A stretch of 64,000 nucleotides of DNA, taken from assembly GCA_004431415.1 (NCBI GenBank), contig QPMI01000416.1, positions 372,001 to 436,000 on the forward strand. Reading direction: 5' to 3'. Below are positions 34,102-47,295 of the stretch, in pieces. The DNA is from Cyanophora paradoxa CCMP329. Lineage: Eukaryota > Plantae > Glaucophyta. How positions within the stretch are numbered: position 1 is the first letter of the stretch; each line of letters starts with the position of its first letter. Made by a program: the position numbers and the translations under genes. The notes beneath the pieces are model-generated. The model saw only the letters and a list, made by a program, of their open reading frames with translations, did no database searches and was not told where the DNA came from.

Positions 34102-37100
34102 ATGGGCGGCAGCCAGAGCAGCAGGCGGCCGGCAAGCCGATCTTCGGCGCAGCAGAAGCCCGGAGCCGCTCACACACACCAGGCGCGGGCGCAGTCCGTC
34201 GCGAACAAAGCGTCGGCGCCCAAAGCTGTCGACTCCGTGGTTCGTACGATCCGCCTTGCACAAACCCCTGGCCGCTCCGCGCCGTCCGACCGCTACCGCG
34301 CCAGTCCCAAGCATCGTGGGTCGCCGGCGGCTCTATCGATGACTTCTTCGGGTCCCTCAAGCCGAAGGCGAAGCGTGCGCACGATCGGCGCTCACGCATT
34401 CCGCTGCGGTGAAAGCTGACGTGGCTGCAGCGACGGGCCTCGCGGCGACGCTGCCGGCGCTCATTCCGGGCGACGATGCGACGGACGGCGGCGGCGATCC
34501 GCGGCTCGTCGTACTCAAGGGGAACGCGCTCACGCTGGACTACAAGGCGCGCTCCGCCCGCCCCCGCCCCCTCGCCGGCGCATCCTCTCGCTGATGGTCG
34601 CGCAGGTCATGGTAAGCGCCCCGCAGACCGCGCGCGGCGAGCTGCAGCGCATTCTGGACGGAGTCTTCGAGGAGGTGCGGCCGGGGCGCCCATCGGACCG
34701 CGCCGCCGGCGCCCGCGCCGGCGCTCATTCCGCGGCCCGCGGCCGCCCCGCCTCGCAGATCGATCGCGTCTTCAACAACTGGAACCCCGCGTCGGAGGCG
34801 CGTCCTCCTCCTCGTGTGATCTCGGCCATCCTAACCTCAACGCGCGCCTCAGATCTCCCGCCTCAACGGGGCCCCGGCAGGCTCCCCAGTCCAGCTCTCC
34901 CAGCCGCTGGCCCAGCTGCTCTTCCTCTGCCGCGACCTCAACAGGGTACCCCCCTCCCCGCGCGCCAGCCGCCGCCGGCGGCGCCCCGGCAACCTATAGC
35001 TACCCCTCACCCACTCACCACCGCTAGATGACGGAGGGCCGCTTCGACCCGACGGTCGGGCCGCTCCGCAAGACGTGGATCGAGAAGCTGCGCCAGGGGG
35101 CCAAGCCGACGGTCGACGAGGCCCGCGCCGCTGCCGCCCTCGTCGGCATGTCCAAGGCGCGTCCACAATTTCTCATGAACAGCTAGAATGCGCCAATCCG
35201 AGCCGAGCCTGAGTCGTCGTTCGATTTGCTCAGGTCTCGATCTCGCCGGAGGGAGTCGTCACCAAGTCCGCCCAGGGAGTCACTTTCGACCTCTGCGCCA
35301 TCTCCAAGGTGCGCTCCGATTCGATTCGATTTGATTGACCTATCTATCTATCTATGTTATCTGTCTATCTGAAGATCTGCCTATCTACTCTATTAGATTC
35401 TCTCCTCATTAGAATCTCGTGCAGGGCCTGGCGGTGGACATGCTCGTCGAGCGCCTCGCGGCCGCCGGCTTCCTCGACTGCTACGTCGACTGGGCCGGCG
35501 ACATCCGCGCCGCCGGGCGCCACCCCGCCGGTCCGCCCTATAAAAATAGCCTAATCCTTTTAACCTTCCCGTTGACCTTTACGTTGATTACACAGTTCCG
35601 CCCCACCCCATACATAGTTTTAGTGAAAGCGTCCACCCCACCCCGCCCCGTCCCGTCCCCCATTCCCTAGGCTTAGCTCTTAGACGGCCTCCTCTGAAGG
35701 AAGCCCCGCGGCGCGGACTTAGCTCTTAGGCAGACGTCCGCGCCGCGGGGCGCCACCCCGCCGGTCCGCCGCGCGTGCCTCCCTCCACTCTCAATGAATG
35801 CGCTCACGGACAAGTTGCTGCTGCTAAACCATGTTAAATCACACCTTCAAGCTTCCCGCTCCGCCCCCCCCCCCCCCCCCCCCCCCCGAGTTAAATGGAA
35901 GAGCGGCTCAACAATATTCGCGGCCCGCCTTCGAATCTTCGCTGGCTGAAACTTCGCTCGCGTTTGCGCAGGGCGGGACTGGCGGACGGCTGTGGCGTGC
36001 CCCCCCGAGCTTGCCAACATCTTCGAGTCCTGGAAGGTGCCTTCGCCTCTCGGCTGAGCTTCCTAAGCTCCGGACTGCTTCTAAGCTTCGAAGCTTCCTA
36101 GGGTTCCGTTGCTCCGTTCCGTTGTTCCGGGTTCTAACCCTCCGCCCTTCCTCTTTCGTTCGCCCAGAGCGGCCCGCAGGGCTGGTCGGACCGCCGCATG
36201 CTCGCCGACCTGCCCCTGCAGGGGAGCGCCGCCGCCACCTCGGGCGACTACTTCCAGGTGGGCAGAGACTGAGCCTTTTTCTAAGCTGGAGTTTAGGAAG
36301 GCTGATAGATGATAGCTTACGACCTTGCGGCTGCTTGCCCCCCGCTTCTTCTTCTTCTTCTTCTGACGGCGCCGGCCCGCCGGGCGCTCCCCTTCTGACG
36401 CCCCCCGCCGGGCTTCTCGACCGCTCGCCCCTTCTGACGCCCCGCCGGGCGCAAACCCCCCCCCCCTCCCCTCCCCCCCCCCCGATCTATTCTATCTATT
36501 CTATAGATAGCTAATAGACCCTGCGAGCTTACGAAGCTTTAGCAAATCTAGGATAGAACTGGCGCCTCTTCTGACGCCCCGCCTGTCCGTCCCTTCCCCT
36601 CAGATCTTCAAGTTCGGGTACTTCCACATCTTCGACCCGCGGCGCGGGGCGGCCATGAGGGCCACCGCAAAGTCACTCGCCTCCGCCACCGTGCGCCCGC
36701 CCGCCCCCGCCCCGAGGCTCTTATTATACGCTATTATAAGCTATAGGCTGTAACTTAGATTAGGCTCGAAGCTTTTTATACTATAAGCTATTATAAGCTA
36801 TAGGCTCTTACTTAGATTAGGCTCTAAGTTTTCTTAACTATAGGCTCGACCGCAAAGCGCCCGTCCTGAGGCGTCGCTGTTAGACTGGGCTCTAGGCTTT
36901 CTTTAGCTCTAGATTGGACATACATTAAGCCTTCCGAAGCCACCCCGCGCCGTCCCCCGTTGTTCTTCGACTCTGCCACCGTGCGCCCGCCCCCGTCCTG
37001 AGGGCCCTAAGCCCTTCTTTCTCTGTGCTTGCTAGAGCCCAACTGCGAGCCCAAGCTCGCAACGCAAGAGACTCTTTCCTAGCTCGCTCGCTTGTTCGCC

Positions 37101-40100
37101 ATCTTTATCCCTCCCATCCCCCCCCCCCCCCCCCCCCCCCCCCCCGCCCGGGCCCTTCTGTCCTGCTGACCTCCTCTCCTCTACTCTCCTCTCCTCGTTC
37201 AGGTGGTGGCGGGGAGCTGCGCGCTGGCGGACGCCCTCGCGACGGCGGTCATGACCTGCGAGAGCGACGCCGCCGCCAAGGCCCTCCTCGACTCCGTGCG
37301 TCTAGTCTACCCATTCCTTGAAGCCAATCCGATTTTAGATTAGATTGAGGGCTTAGAAGAAGGTTAGAAGGCTTGGAAGGCTTAGATCTAGATGGCTTAG
37401 AAGCTTAGAGAGCGACGCCGCCGCCAGCTGCAGGGCCCTCCTCGACTCTGTGCGCCTATGGCTTTAGATGGCTAGCTAGATTGCTATGGTGTAGCTATGC
37501 GCCCCTTTAGAAGCTTGAAAAGGTTTGGCTGTTAGGAGCATTCTGTTAGGCCCTCCTCAACAGCGTGCGCGCGCCTGTTCTCTGCCTAAGCTTCTCTCGC
37601 AAGGCCGAGCCGCGCGCCTTGCTTCTGAGCTTCTAGGCTTCTATCGAGCACTGCAGCCCTCCGGACGTAACCGTATCCCCCGCTCTGCGCAGGTGCGGGC
37701 TCAGATGCCGGGCCGCGTGCACGGATACGTCCTCTACTCGCGCTCCTCGACCGCCGTCCTGCAGAGCCTCGAGGCCCCTGCGCCCTCCCAGGTCAGCCGA
37801 ACGAACGAGCCAACTCCACACCTGCCCACCTCTTTGCATCTATCTAACGCGGGCGCGCTCGCTTGCTTTCGCCCGCGCAGTCCGCCGCCTCGCCGGCTTC
37901 GCCGCCTCGCCTCGGCCCCGCGGCCCCGGCCCCGGCCCCGGTCTCGGGCGACCAGCTGCGGGACCTGATGCGCTGCATCCCGCTGCCCGTCGCCGTCGTC
38001 GCCGCCCCGCCCTCCCAGGTCCGCCCGCCTTGTCCTAGATCTAAAGATCTAGAGAGAAGAAAAAGAGCTGATAGTTTTACTGAGAGTCCAGCCTGACCTA
38101 TCAGCTCCGCTCACTCCCCCTACCGCGCAGGCGGCCGGGGGCATCCCCTTCGGGATCACGGCCAACTCGCTGGCGGCGGCCTCGACGGACCCGCCCCTCG
38201 TCTCGTTCAACGTCATGCGCGGCTCCGTCATGCACGCCGTCCTCACGGAGCAGGTCCGGATCGGAAATTCGCTGAAATCTGTACACGAGTTCTTAAGATC
38301 TGGAGAGAAGCCTGGATTCTAGAAGCCTAAGTTCGCACAAAGAAATGCCATCTATCTATAAGACTCCTAGAATAGAAGAGAGAGCTCGCAGACGAATTAG
38401 TTCCCGTCTCTGATCGGCCGCCCCTTGTCGCTGGCAGAGGGGCGCCCCGCTGCCGCTGGCGGTGCACCTCCTGGGCGCGGGGCAGGCGGACATCGCCTCG
38501 CGCTTCACCGGTGCGCCCGCCCGTCTCCGAACTTCGGAAGCTGTCGCCCGCCCGCCCGCTCGCTCGTTCTTTGCTTCCTTAGGCGATTTAATATGGAATC
38601 CGGAATGGCCGCTTCGCCCCCCCGCCCCCCCGCCCGCGGCCATCGCCGCCACCCCCCCCCCTCCCCCCCCCCGCCCCCCCCCCGTCCCCCTCCTCGCTCG
38701 CCGCTTCTTTAGCTTTAAACAAACGAACGAAGAAGCGCCTGACGCCGGCGCTTGCTTTTGTGCGCGGCAGGCCCCAACCAGGCCGGCCTCCGCACGCAGT
38801 TCGACGGCCTCGACTGCCAGACCGACCCCGCCACCGGTGCGCCCCGCCCGGCCCCGCCCCGGCCCGACCTGGCCCGCCAAACCCGAGCCCGGCCCCGACC
38901 CGACCCGACCCGACCCGACCGCTTATCATCTCTCTCCGCTTATCCTAGCTCTCTCTTTCGCCCCGGCCCGCCCGCCCACCCGCCCGCCCGACTTGAGCCC
39001 GCCTAAGCGCGTTCCGCCGCCAAGCGCCCGACCCCATATCTACCTTATTCTCCAAGCTCGACTTAAGCTCGCTTCATCTCCGCTTGTCCGAGGCCATCTA
39101 ATCTAATCTGATCTCTTTCTCGGCAGGCATCCCGTCGATCCAGGGCTGCTTCGCCGTCCTCCGCTGCGCCGTCGAGCAGGTCATCGCCTCCGGTGCGCCG
39201 CCCGTGAGTGAAGACAGCCGCCCGCTCCGCCCGCCCCCCGCCCCCCGCTTCGCCTTCCTTAGTCCTCTCTGCCGAGCGCCGCCCCCCGCCCCCAGCCCCC
39301 CGCCCTCCTCCGCCTTCCTTCCGACCGCTCTTATTATAATACTCTGCTCAAATACTCTAACTATTATACTCTAATGGCGGCGCCTCCGGTGCGCCGCCCG
39401 CCGCCTGCCGCCCCTGCCCGCTTCGCCCGTCGACTGTTAGCGTTCTTCTAATGGATTTCGTTATAATTAGCGCCTTCCGACTCTTCTAATGGATTTAGAC
39501 TGTTAGACTGTTAGTGTTGGCGCCTTCCGACTCCTCTAATGGATTCTCTCGTGATCGATATCAGGCGACCACGCGCTGGTCACGGCCCGCGTCCTCTCGG
39601 CCGAGCGCCGCCCCGCCGGACCGAACGCCGCTTCGGCCTTCCCCGCCGTCTGGTACAACCGCGCCTGCCGCGCCCCGGCGCCCCTCCTCAACGCCCCGAA
39701 TTCCGCCCCGGCTCCGGCCATTGCCCCGCTCCCCAACGGCGTCGTACCCTTCGCCGAAGTGGCGGCGCGCCTGCCCCGCCCCGCGGCGGAGATCCACGTA
39801 CCCTCCGGCAAGGAGTTTGTGGATGGGTTCACGCTGCTCTCCGTCGATCCGCCCCTCTTCTCGTTCTCGCTGCGCGCGGCGCGCCCCGCCGCCGCCGCCT
39901 GCTCCGAGCCGGGCGCCGAGCACTGGCTCCGCCTTTCCACCCAAACCGGGCCCCTCGCCGACGTGCTCGTCCGGACCCTCGCGGCGCACCCGGCAGGCGA
40001 CTCCCGCCTCGTCATCGCCGAGCCGCGCTCGATGAAGACCGAGGGCGCGGGTGCGGGCGCGTTCCCGCCCGCGGCGCCCGCCCTCCTGTTCTTCGACTCG

Positions 40101-40145
40101 GGGGCCCGCCGGGACGCCCCGCCGGCCTACTGCGCCCTCCCTTGA
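34102..40145 (+). CDS. apbE: Multi-exon ApbE-family FAD:protein FMN transferase fused to one intact and one degenerate flavin-reductase-like domain; N-myristoylation motif
   Basis: Start MGGSQSS. Spliced ApbE motifs: IDRVFNNWNPASE|ISRLN, TEGRFDPTVGPL, FDLCAISK|GLAVD, YVDWAGDIRAAG, AATSGDY, YFHIFDPR, ADALATA. Flavin reductase motifs: LRDLMRCIPLPVAVV, GITANSL...DPPLVSF, GDHALV. Second domain: LLSVDPPLFSF...GDSRLVI. Stop at 40143-40145. Confidence 0.88.
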
Positions 40146-40758
40146 GAGAGTCGAAGGACCCGGGGGCCGTCGGATCGCGCCGCGGCGAAGGCTAGCGCTC
40201 ATGACCAGTAATTAATTATAAGGCTCTCTGTATGCGAATTGTGTTCGCACACGGCAAGTCAGGTCACTCTTGGCGTTCCAGCAGCTAGGCTACGTGTAAA
40301 CTCTACAAGCGTCTGTGAATGCATAACGAAGCACCGTTATCGCGTGCATCGCCGCGGAACGGGGGGCTTTAATTTGAAGGCGTGGGCCCGGGGGTGGTGG
40401 GGGACTCGAGGCTGGCTCTGAAGTTTCCCTGTCGCACGGAGCTCGAGGGTCGCGGAGCCTCTCGTACCCCCCTTGTCGCCGGCGTCTGCGGCGACCTCAG
40501 CGGGGCCTCCCACGCGCGTACCCTGACGCCTTCGGCCTGACGCCTTACGGTACTTCACTCTGCGTCCGCAGGCGGAGGAAGTGGAGCGCTTCTTCGCCAG
40601 CCGCGACGCGCCGTTCGCGCGGCGCGCCGTCGCCTGGCCATGGGGTAGCCGTATGCGTGGCCGGCGCCAGGCCTGGGATCAATGTATAGATGAAGACCGC
40701 TCTGATGAAGATTATATAGCTATAGATTAAATCTGATCCGATGCAATATATGCTAGCT

Positions 40759-43222
40759 ACGTATCGCCCCCGGCGACCGACCGACCGTGGCGGCAGCAAG
40801 CCAGAGAAGCAGAGCAGAGAGGATCGCCGTACCCCTTGGGTGTCCACGCCCGCGCCTACGTATCGCCCCCGGCGACCGACCGACCGTGGGGGCAGTAAAC
40901 CAGAGAAGCAGAGCAGAGAAGATCTAGAATACGCTGCGGGGTACGGGGCCGAGGTAAGCTCCGCACTGTACCCCCGCCGAGGCGCCCCTCGCTGACCGGA
41001 TCGGAATGATACGCCAGGCCGACCCCCTACGGCGCGGTGGGCCATGGATTGGCCTTCCCCGCCCCTAGACCCTTCCCTCCCCGCCCCGACCCCCTCCCGC
41101 CATCCATGGCCAGCGCGCCGTTCTCACGAATAAAAACATGCGAATCGCGTGCTATTCACTTGCAGAGACACGGGCGGGGGCGGGTTCGGAAACAGGGGAC
41201 GGGGCGGGTGGTGCGGCGAGGCCGGGAAGCTCGACCTTGACACCAAAATGATGAAAGGTCGAGAGGGGCACGGAGAGAAGCGCGATGCAGCCGATGAATC
41301 GAGCAGAAGAGAAAGCGCTAGCTCGCTAGAACTGCATATCCTGCCTTGAGCTGATATGTACAAAATGCAATTATGTGCTGGGGAGGTACGGGGAAGCCGG
41401 CGGCAATGGGGCCGCGCGCGGGGTCCGGGCAGGAAGTTCGGGCAGTGAACGGCGAGGCGGGGCGTGCGTGGCGAGGGACTGGGCTGCGCGAGCATGGCGG
41501 TCCCGGAGGGCCAGCTTACTGCGGCCCCTCCCCTCCTGCGCCAGCCTTCCGCCTGGACGCGGATATGTCAACAGGGATCAGGTACCAAGCAAACAGCACA
41601 GACGGGATTGAGATTGAGACGAGTCCCGACTGCACGGAGAACATAGCCGAGATAAGCGTGATGACGAAAGCGAGAATCTGCGTTGATTTGAGCGCCATCC
41701 GCGACCGATCGCGCGCAAGCTGCAGAGGACCAACCTGCCAGAGCGTGACAGCCATCCCGATCTTGGACTTCACGGCCTCGACCTCGACCTTCATGGCGCC
41801 GATCTTGTTGTCCAGTCCCCCGATCTCGGTCTTCATGCTGCCAACCTCGGCGCCGATCTTGTTGTTCAGGCCCCCGATCTCGGTCTTCATGCTGCCAACC
41901 TCGGCGCCGATCTTGTTGTTCAGGCCCCCGATCTCGGTCTTCATGCTGCCAACCTCGGTCTTGACGCTGCCAACCTCGGTCTTGATGCTGCCAACCTCGC
42001 TGGCCATGTTGTTCATGCTGGTCTGCAGCCCACGGACCGCATCCAAGAGCTCGCGAGTCGTGTGCTGCGCCGATGCGAATATGCTCTGCGTGCGCGCATC
42101 AGACTAACGAGCGCGAGAATCGGGCGCTTCCGGCTGCCGACCTTAGACAAGCGCCTTGCGCGCTCCTGCGGATTCTCGGCCGCCAACGCGTTCTCAATGT
42201 CGAGGATATGGTCGATCGCTGCACGACCGCAAGCGCTCAGCGGAAAAACGAGGCCCCGGATGCGGCGCGAATGCGCTCCGAACCTTCGTCGGGCGAATGG
42301 TTGCGTGGGGCGCTGGTGAAGATAGCCCGCGTGCTGACGAGCTTGCAGAATGGTCCGCGGCGAGCAGCAGCGGCCGCCGGTCTCAGGGCAAGCGTGCGGG
42401 TGGAGAAAGCGCCGAAGAACAACATCGTCGGCGCTGCCATTTGGATCAACACAGATGCTGAGGTTGGGATCCTAACCCGGCAATGGCGAATACCCTTCCC
42501 GAGGCCCGGAATGCCGCGCGAGCGGCCGCAGGAAGCACGCGCGCACCTGGGAAGGGCCTCGGGCGGTCGGAGCGGCGGGCGCCCCGAGAGTGTTGCGCGA
42601 AGTCTCCGGTCGACTGGCGCAGGAGCCCGCTTTTATAGGGCCGGGTTTTTCCTATTTCGACCGAAGATGCGAGAGGAGAGAGCCGCGGGAGGGAGAGGAA
42701 GCCTGGGAAGCCTCGGAAGCTTCTGCTGTATGCAAAAGGCTCAAGAGGAGACGGAGCTAGGCGCAGGGAGGCCGGACAAGGGCGGTTCAACCGCGGTTGT
42801 CCCTGCGGGGTACGCTGACTTCGCTGGCTGCACGTTTCGAGCGCGCTGTCGACCTGCTGTCCAGCATCATCGCGCGCGTGCACGCTGCCCGTGCGGCCAG
42901 CCCTCAAGCAGGACCTCAAGCGGAGGCTGCGGATGGGGACCTAACCTCGATGTTCGACGTCAGCTCGCTTCTGCGGCGCGTTGGCGGGCGTTTCTCCAGC
43001 GCTAAGCATGCGGTGGCTTTGCTCGTCCCGCGAAACCGGTCCCCCGAGCGGCCCCAGCGCCTTCCAACTCGTCCCAGGCAGCCTGGCGCTCGGTTTCGCC
43101 GTCGAATCGCGCGCTTACCGCCCGCAGCGGGCTCTGGGAGTGGCCATGAGTCGACAAGCCCGTCGGAAACGTCTGGGCGACTCGGCCAGCGCCCGTCCGC
43201 CCCGCTCCCTCGGATGCTCGCG
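40759..43222 (+). repeat. Segmental duplication, copy A (copy B at about 49810-52259); begins with a ~100-bp tandem repeat
   Basis: Near-identical sequence in both copies up to cggatgctcgcg. The unit cgtatcgcccccggcgaccgaccgaccgtggcggcagcaagccagagaagcagagcagagagg... occurs about 2 times here and about 4 times at 49580-49950. Confidence 0.9.
41516..42440 (-). CDS. Spliced coiled-coil protein with organellar-type presequence and C-terminal TM anchor (CCDC90/DUF1640-like architecture), copy 1
   Basis: MAAPTMLFFGAFSTRTLALRPAAAAARR presequence; heptad-like repeats EVGSMKTEIGGLNNKIGA; hydrophobic ILAFVITLISAMFSV; TATAAAA on the minus strand at 42631-42637. Confidence 0.6.
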
Positions 43223-43309
43223 GAGCCGCAGCGATCGGAACTGGTTCTTCCAACTGCTCGAGCCAAGCCGGGCAATGTGTGCGTGCATTTCTCGCCGCCC
43301 GCCCGCGTC

Positions 43310-45390
43310 GCGGCACTGATCGAGATGCGGCCAGCAGGACCCCCTACAGGTCGGCCTCGCGGCGAGGGGTGCGGGGGGCGTAGGGGGAGAGGATGGCCGC
43401 ATCGCGGTCAGGTCCGTTGTCCCAGTACCCCGTTCGCGTACCCCCTCCGTCGCTGACCGCGATGCGGCCAGCGGGACCCCCTACGGGTTGCGCTCGGCGA
43501 CGGCGACGCTGGCGCAGAGCGAAGGCACGAGGATACGGGCGAATGCGACACATCCAACGCCGGCAGTACGAAGAGATATCGTCCTCGTACCCCCCGCGCG
43601 GCGCTGACCGTGATGCAGCCATCGGCAGCCCCTAACGGCCGGCCTCGGAGGGCGGGACGAGGTGGCGGGAATGGCTTTGTCGCGTTCACAGTACGGAGAT
43701 CGACTTTTGCCCTCGTACCCCTCCGCACGGCGCTGACCGTGATGCAGCCATCGGCGGCCCCTGCCGGCCGGCCTCGGAGGGCGGGACGAGGGGGCAGGAA
43801 TGGCTTTATCGCGTTCACAGTACGGAGATCGACTTTTGCCTTCGTACCCCTCCGCGCGGCGCTGACCGTGATGCAGCCATCGGCGGCCCCTGCCGGCCGG
43901 CCTCGGAGGGCGAGGACGAGGGGGCGGGAATGGCTTCATCGCGTTCACAGTACGGAGATCGACTTTCGCCCTCGTACCCCTCCGCACGGCGCTGACCGTG
44001 ATGCAGCCATCGGCGGCCCCTGCCGGCCGGCCTCGGAGGGCGGGACGAGGGGGCGGGAATGGCTTTATCGCGTTCACAGTACGGAGATCGACTTTCGCCC
44101 TCGTACCCCTCCGCACGGCGCTGACCGTGATGCAGCCATCGGCGGCCCCTGCCGGCTGGCCTCGGAGGGTGGGGCGAGGGGGCGGGAATGGCTTTATCGC
44201 GTTCACAGTACGGTGATCGACTTTCGCACTCGTACCCCTCCGCGCGGCGCGCCACGGCGAGCCTCGCGATGCGCCGAACGTCGGGCCCTGGTGCGCGCCT
44301 ACGCCTCGCGCGGCGTACGCGACGGGCTGACCGGGATGCGGCCAGGTCGGCTCCCTCGCGCGGACCGTTGGAGGGGGGTACGGCCTCGGGCGGCGAAGCC
44401 GTAGGGGGCGGAGCTGGCCGCATCGCGGTCACGTCGAACAGGTGCGCGTGGGACGCCTCCCCGCGCGCCGCGCACCTCGCCGCCGCCGCTGACCGCGATG
44501 CAGGTATGGCCGCTCCCTCGCGCGGACCGTTGGATGGGGGGTACGGCCTCGGGCGGTGACGCCGTAGGGGGCGGAGCTGGCCGCATCGCGGTCACGTCGA
44601 ACAGGTGCGCGTGGGAGGCCTCTCCACACGCCGCGCACCTCGCCGCCGCCGCCAACCGCGATGCAGGTATGGCCGCTCCCTCGCGCGGACCGTTGGAGGG
44701 GGGTACGGCATCTCGACTTTCATCCACGCATGCTTGGATGACCTCTTCCTCCGGATTCTACGCGTACGTACGTGCTCCGCTGTATCCCTACCCATTGGAG
44801 CTGACCGAGATGCAGCCATCCCCGCCCCCTATCTCGGCGTGCACGGCAGCGGCTCTGTCGCAGTCGACCTCGGGCCCCTCGGCGCGCCGAGATCGGGACG
44901 TGGTGCGCGCCCTACGCCTCGACCGCGGGCGCGACGGGCTGACCGGGATGCGGCCAGGTCGACGTCGGCTCCCTCGCGCGGACCGTTGGAGGGGGGTATG
45001 GCCTCGGGCGGCGGCGGTGTAGGGGGCGGGGCTGGCCTCATCGCGGACACGTCGAACAGGTGCGTCCGAGCCTCGGCGCCTCGTCCCCTACCCCTCTCCC
45101 GACCTGACCGCGATGCAGCCATCCACGCCCCCTGGTAGAGGCCGAGGCGAGGGGGGTACGGCTTCGGGAGGCGGCGGCTCGTAGGGAGCAGAGGCGGGGA
45201 TGGCTTCATCGCGGTCGGGGCCGTGCTCGTCGCGGGTGCCCCCCCTGCGCCTCGCCGCCGCGCGCCGTACTCGCCGACCGGAATGCGGCCAGGCCTAAGT
45301 GCGCTCCCTCGCGCGGACCGTTGGAGTCGGGGTACGGCTCTGGAGGCGGGCGGGCGTAGGGGGCGAGGATGGCGGCATTGCGGTGGGTCC
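43310..45390. repeat. Array of an 18-nt motif (CTGACCGYGATGCRGCCA) in alternating orientation, including about five ~129-bp tandem units
   Basis: Forward copies at about 43315, 43453, 43604, 43733, 43862, 43992, 44121, 44327, 44489, 44801, 44939, 45104; inverted copies at about 43393, 43672, 43801, 43930, 44060, 44189, 44415, 44578, 45032, 45200. Confidence 0.85.
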
Positions 45391-46339
45391 GTCTCTCCCC
45401 ACGACCTGAATCCACATAGCCACATAGGAAGGACCTGAATCCCCGTGACGGCCCGGTCCCTGTCGGGCGGCCCGAGGGTATCAGGAGGCCCCGCAGGGAC
45501 AAAGAAAAATATAAGGTCAAGTAGTACTCAGGATTACTCATCTTATCTGACAAGTTACATCCGGGCAATGAGACGCTCTCGGGGGTTCTTGACAGTGCTG
45601 GATTTGATTCTGAGGACGGCGCAGGCCGAAAGTTAGCTCGTAGCGCGCCGTGCATCATTTTGCCGGGCGAGTCGCCATTAGTTTTGGCGGGCATTTTGAG
45701 ACCTTCCCGTGCGCCAGGGCGTGCTAATAGAAGCCTGGAAGCCGGTAATTACGTTGTGGCCCTATCTAGCACGCTATTGAATGACTCGTATCCGTCGGTT
45801 TCTGAGCTGGAAAGGCACGGGCGGACTGGGAATCGGCTCTCAAAATTGATCTCGGGAAAAACCCTATTAGGGAGTCGTTCTCCCCCGCCGCAATGCCCGC
45901 GCGACCTGAGCTTTTCGTCAAATACTCTACAGATACACAGGCGGGCGCTGATATTATCTCCGGAAGCTCGTTTGTGCCAGTAACCCAGTCTCCTTTTGAT
46001 GGCAGCTAGAGACTCATGATCATGATCATGTGCAAAGAAGTGCGAAGTCGCCGCGCTGAGCATATGGGCACAAACGAGCTGACGAGAACTTCATAGTCAG
46101 ATTCCCCACCCTCGAAATGGGCGGGGTGCAAATGTGGAGTCAGTCGCGGACCCAGATGCCAGATGACGGGGCCGCGTCAGGTCGAGGGGGCTCTTCGAGA
46201 CTGTCAATTTGCCCCAAGATGCCTCGACAACAGAAATCACCAAGGAAAGCATCTTATCTGACAAGTTACATCCGGGAAATGAGACGCTCTCGGGGGTTCT
46301 TGACAGTGCTGGATTTGATTTTGAGGATGGCGCTAGAGA

Positions 46340-47295
46340 CTCATGAGCCGCGCCTGGCCGTCCGCCGCCTCCACCGCCGCCCGCCGCGCCTCTGCCCCGC
46401 CTGGCGAGCCGCCGCCGCTCGCCACGCCTCCGCCCCGTCAGCCGAGCCTCCGCCGCCGCCCGCCGCGCCTCCGCCCCGCCTAGCGAACCGCGCGGCCGCG
46501 CGCCGCGCCTCCGGCCCGCCCGGCGGAGCCCCGCCGCCGCCCGCCGGGCCTCCGGCCCGCTCGGCGAGCCGCGCCGCCGCCCGCCGCGCCTCCGCCCCGC
46601 CCGGCGAGCCGCACCGCCGCCCGCCGCGCCTCCGCCACACCCGAAGAGCCTCGCGACCGCCCGCCGCGCCTCCGCTCCGCCTGGCGAGCCGCGCCGCCAC
46701 TCGCCGCGCCTCCGCCCCGCCTGGCGAGCCGCGCGGCCGGCGCCGCGCCTCCGCCGCGCCCCGCGAGCCGCGCGGCCACCCGCCGCGCCTCCGCCCTGTC
46801 AGCCGAGCCTCCGCCGCCGTCCGCCGCGCCTCCGGCCCGCTCGGCGAGCCGCGCCGCCGCCCGCCGCGCCTCCGCCCCGCCCGGCGAGCCGCACCGCCGC
46901 CCGCCGCGCCTCCGCCACACCCGAAGAGCCTCGCGGCCGCCCGCCGCGCCTCCGCTCCGCCTGGCGAGCCGCGCCGCCGCTCGCCGCGCCTCCGCCCCGC
47001 CTGGCGAGCCGCGCGGCCGGCGCCGCGCCTCCGCCGCGCCCCGCGAGCCGCGCGGCCACCCGCCGCGCCTCCGCCCTTTCAGCCGAGCCTCCGCCGCCGT
47101 CCGCCGCGCCTCCGCCCCGCCTGGCGAGCAGCGCCGCCGTCCGCCGCGCCTCCGCCCCGTTCGGCGAGCCGCGCCGCCGTCCACCACGCCTCCGCCCCGC
47201 CCGGCGAGCCGCGCAGCCGCTTGCCGCGCCTCCGTCCCGCCTGGCGAGCCGCGCGGCCGCCCGCCGCGCCTCCGCCCCGTCAGCTGAGCCTCCGA
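46340..47295 (+). repeat. GC-rich minisatellite (~40-bp units, ccgccgcgcctccgccccgcctggcgagccgcgc)
   Basis: More than 20 variant units with higher-order periodicity; accounts for the spurious 536-aa ORF. Confidence 0.85.

Noticed and set aside
43590-44240. CRISPR array
   Set aside because: Whole ~129-bp units are repeated rather than unique spacers, there are no cas genes, and the context is eukaryotic.
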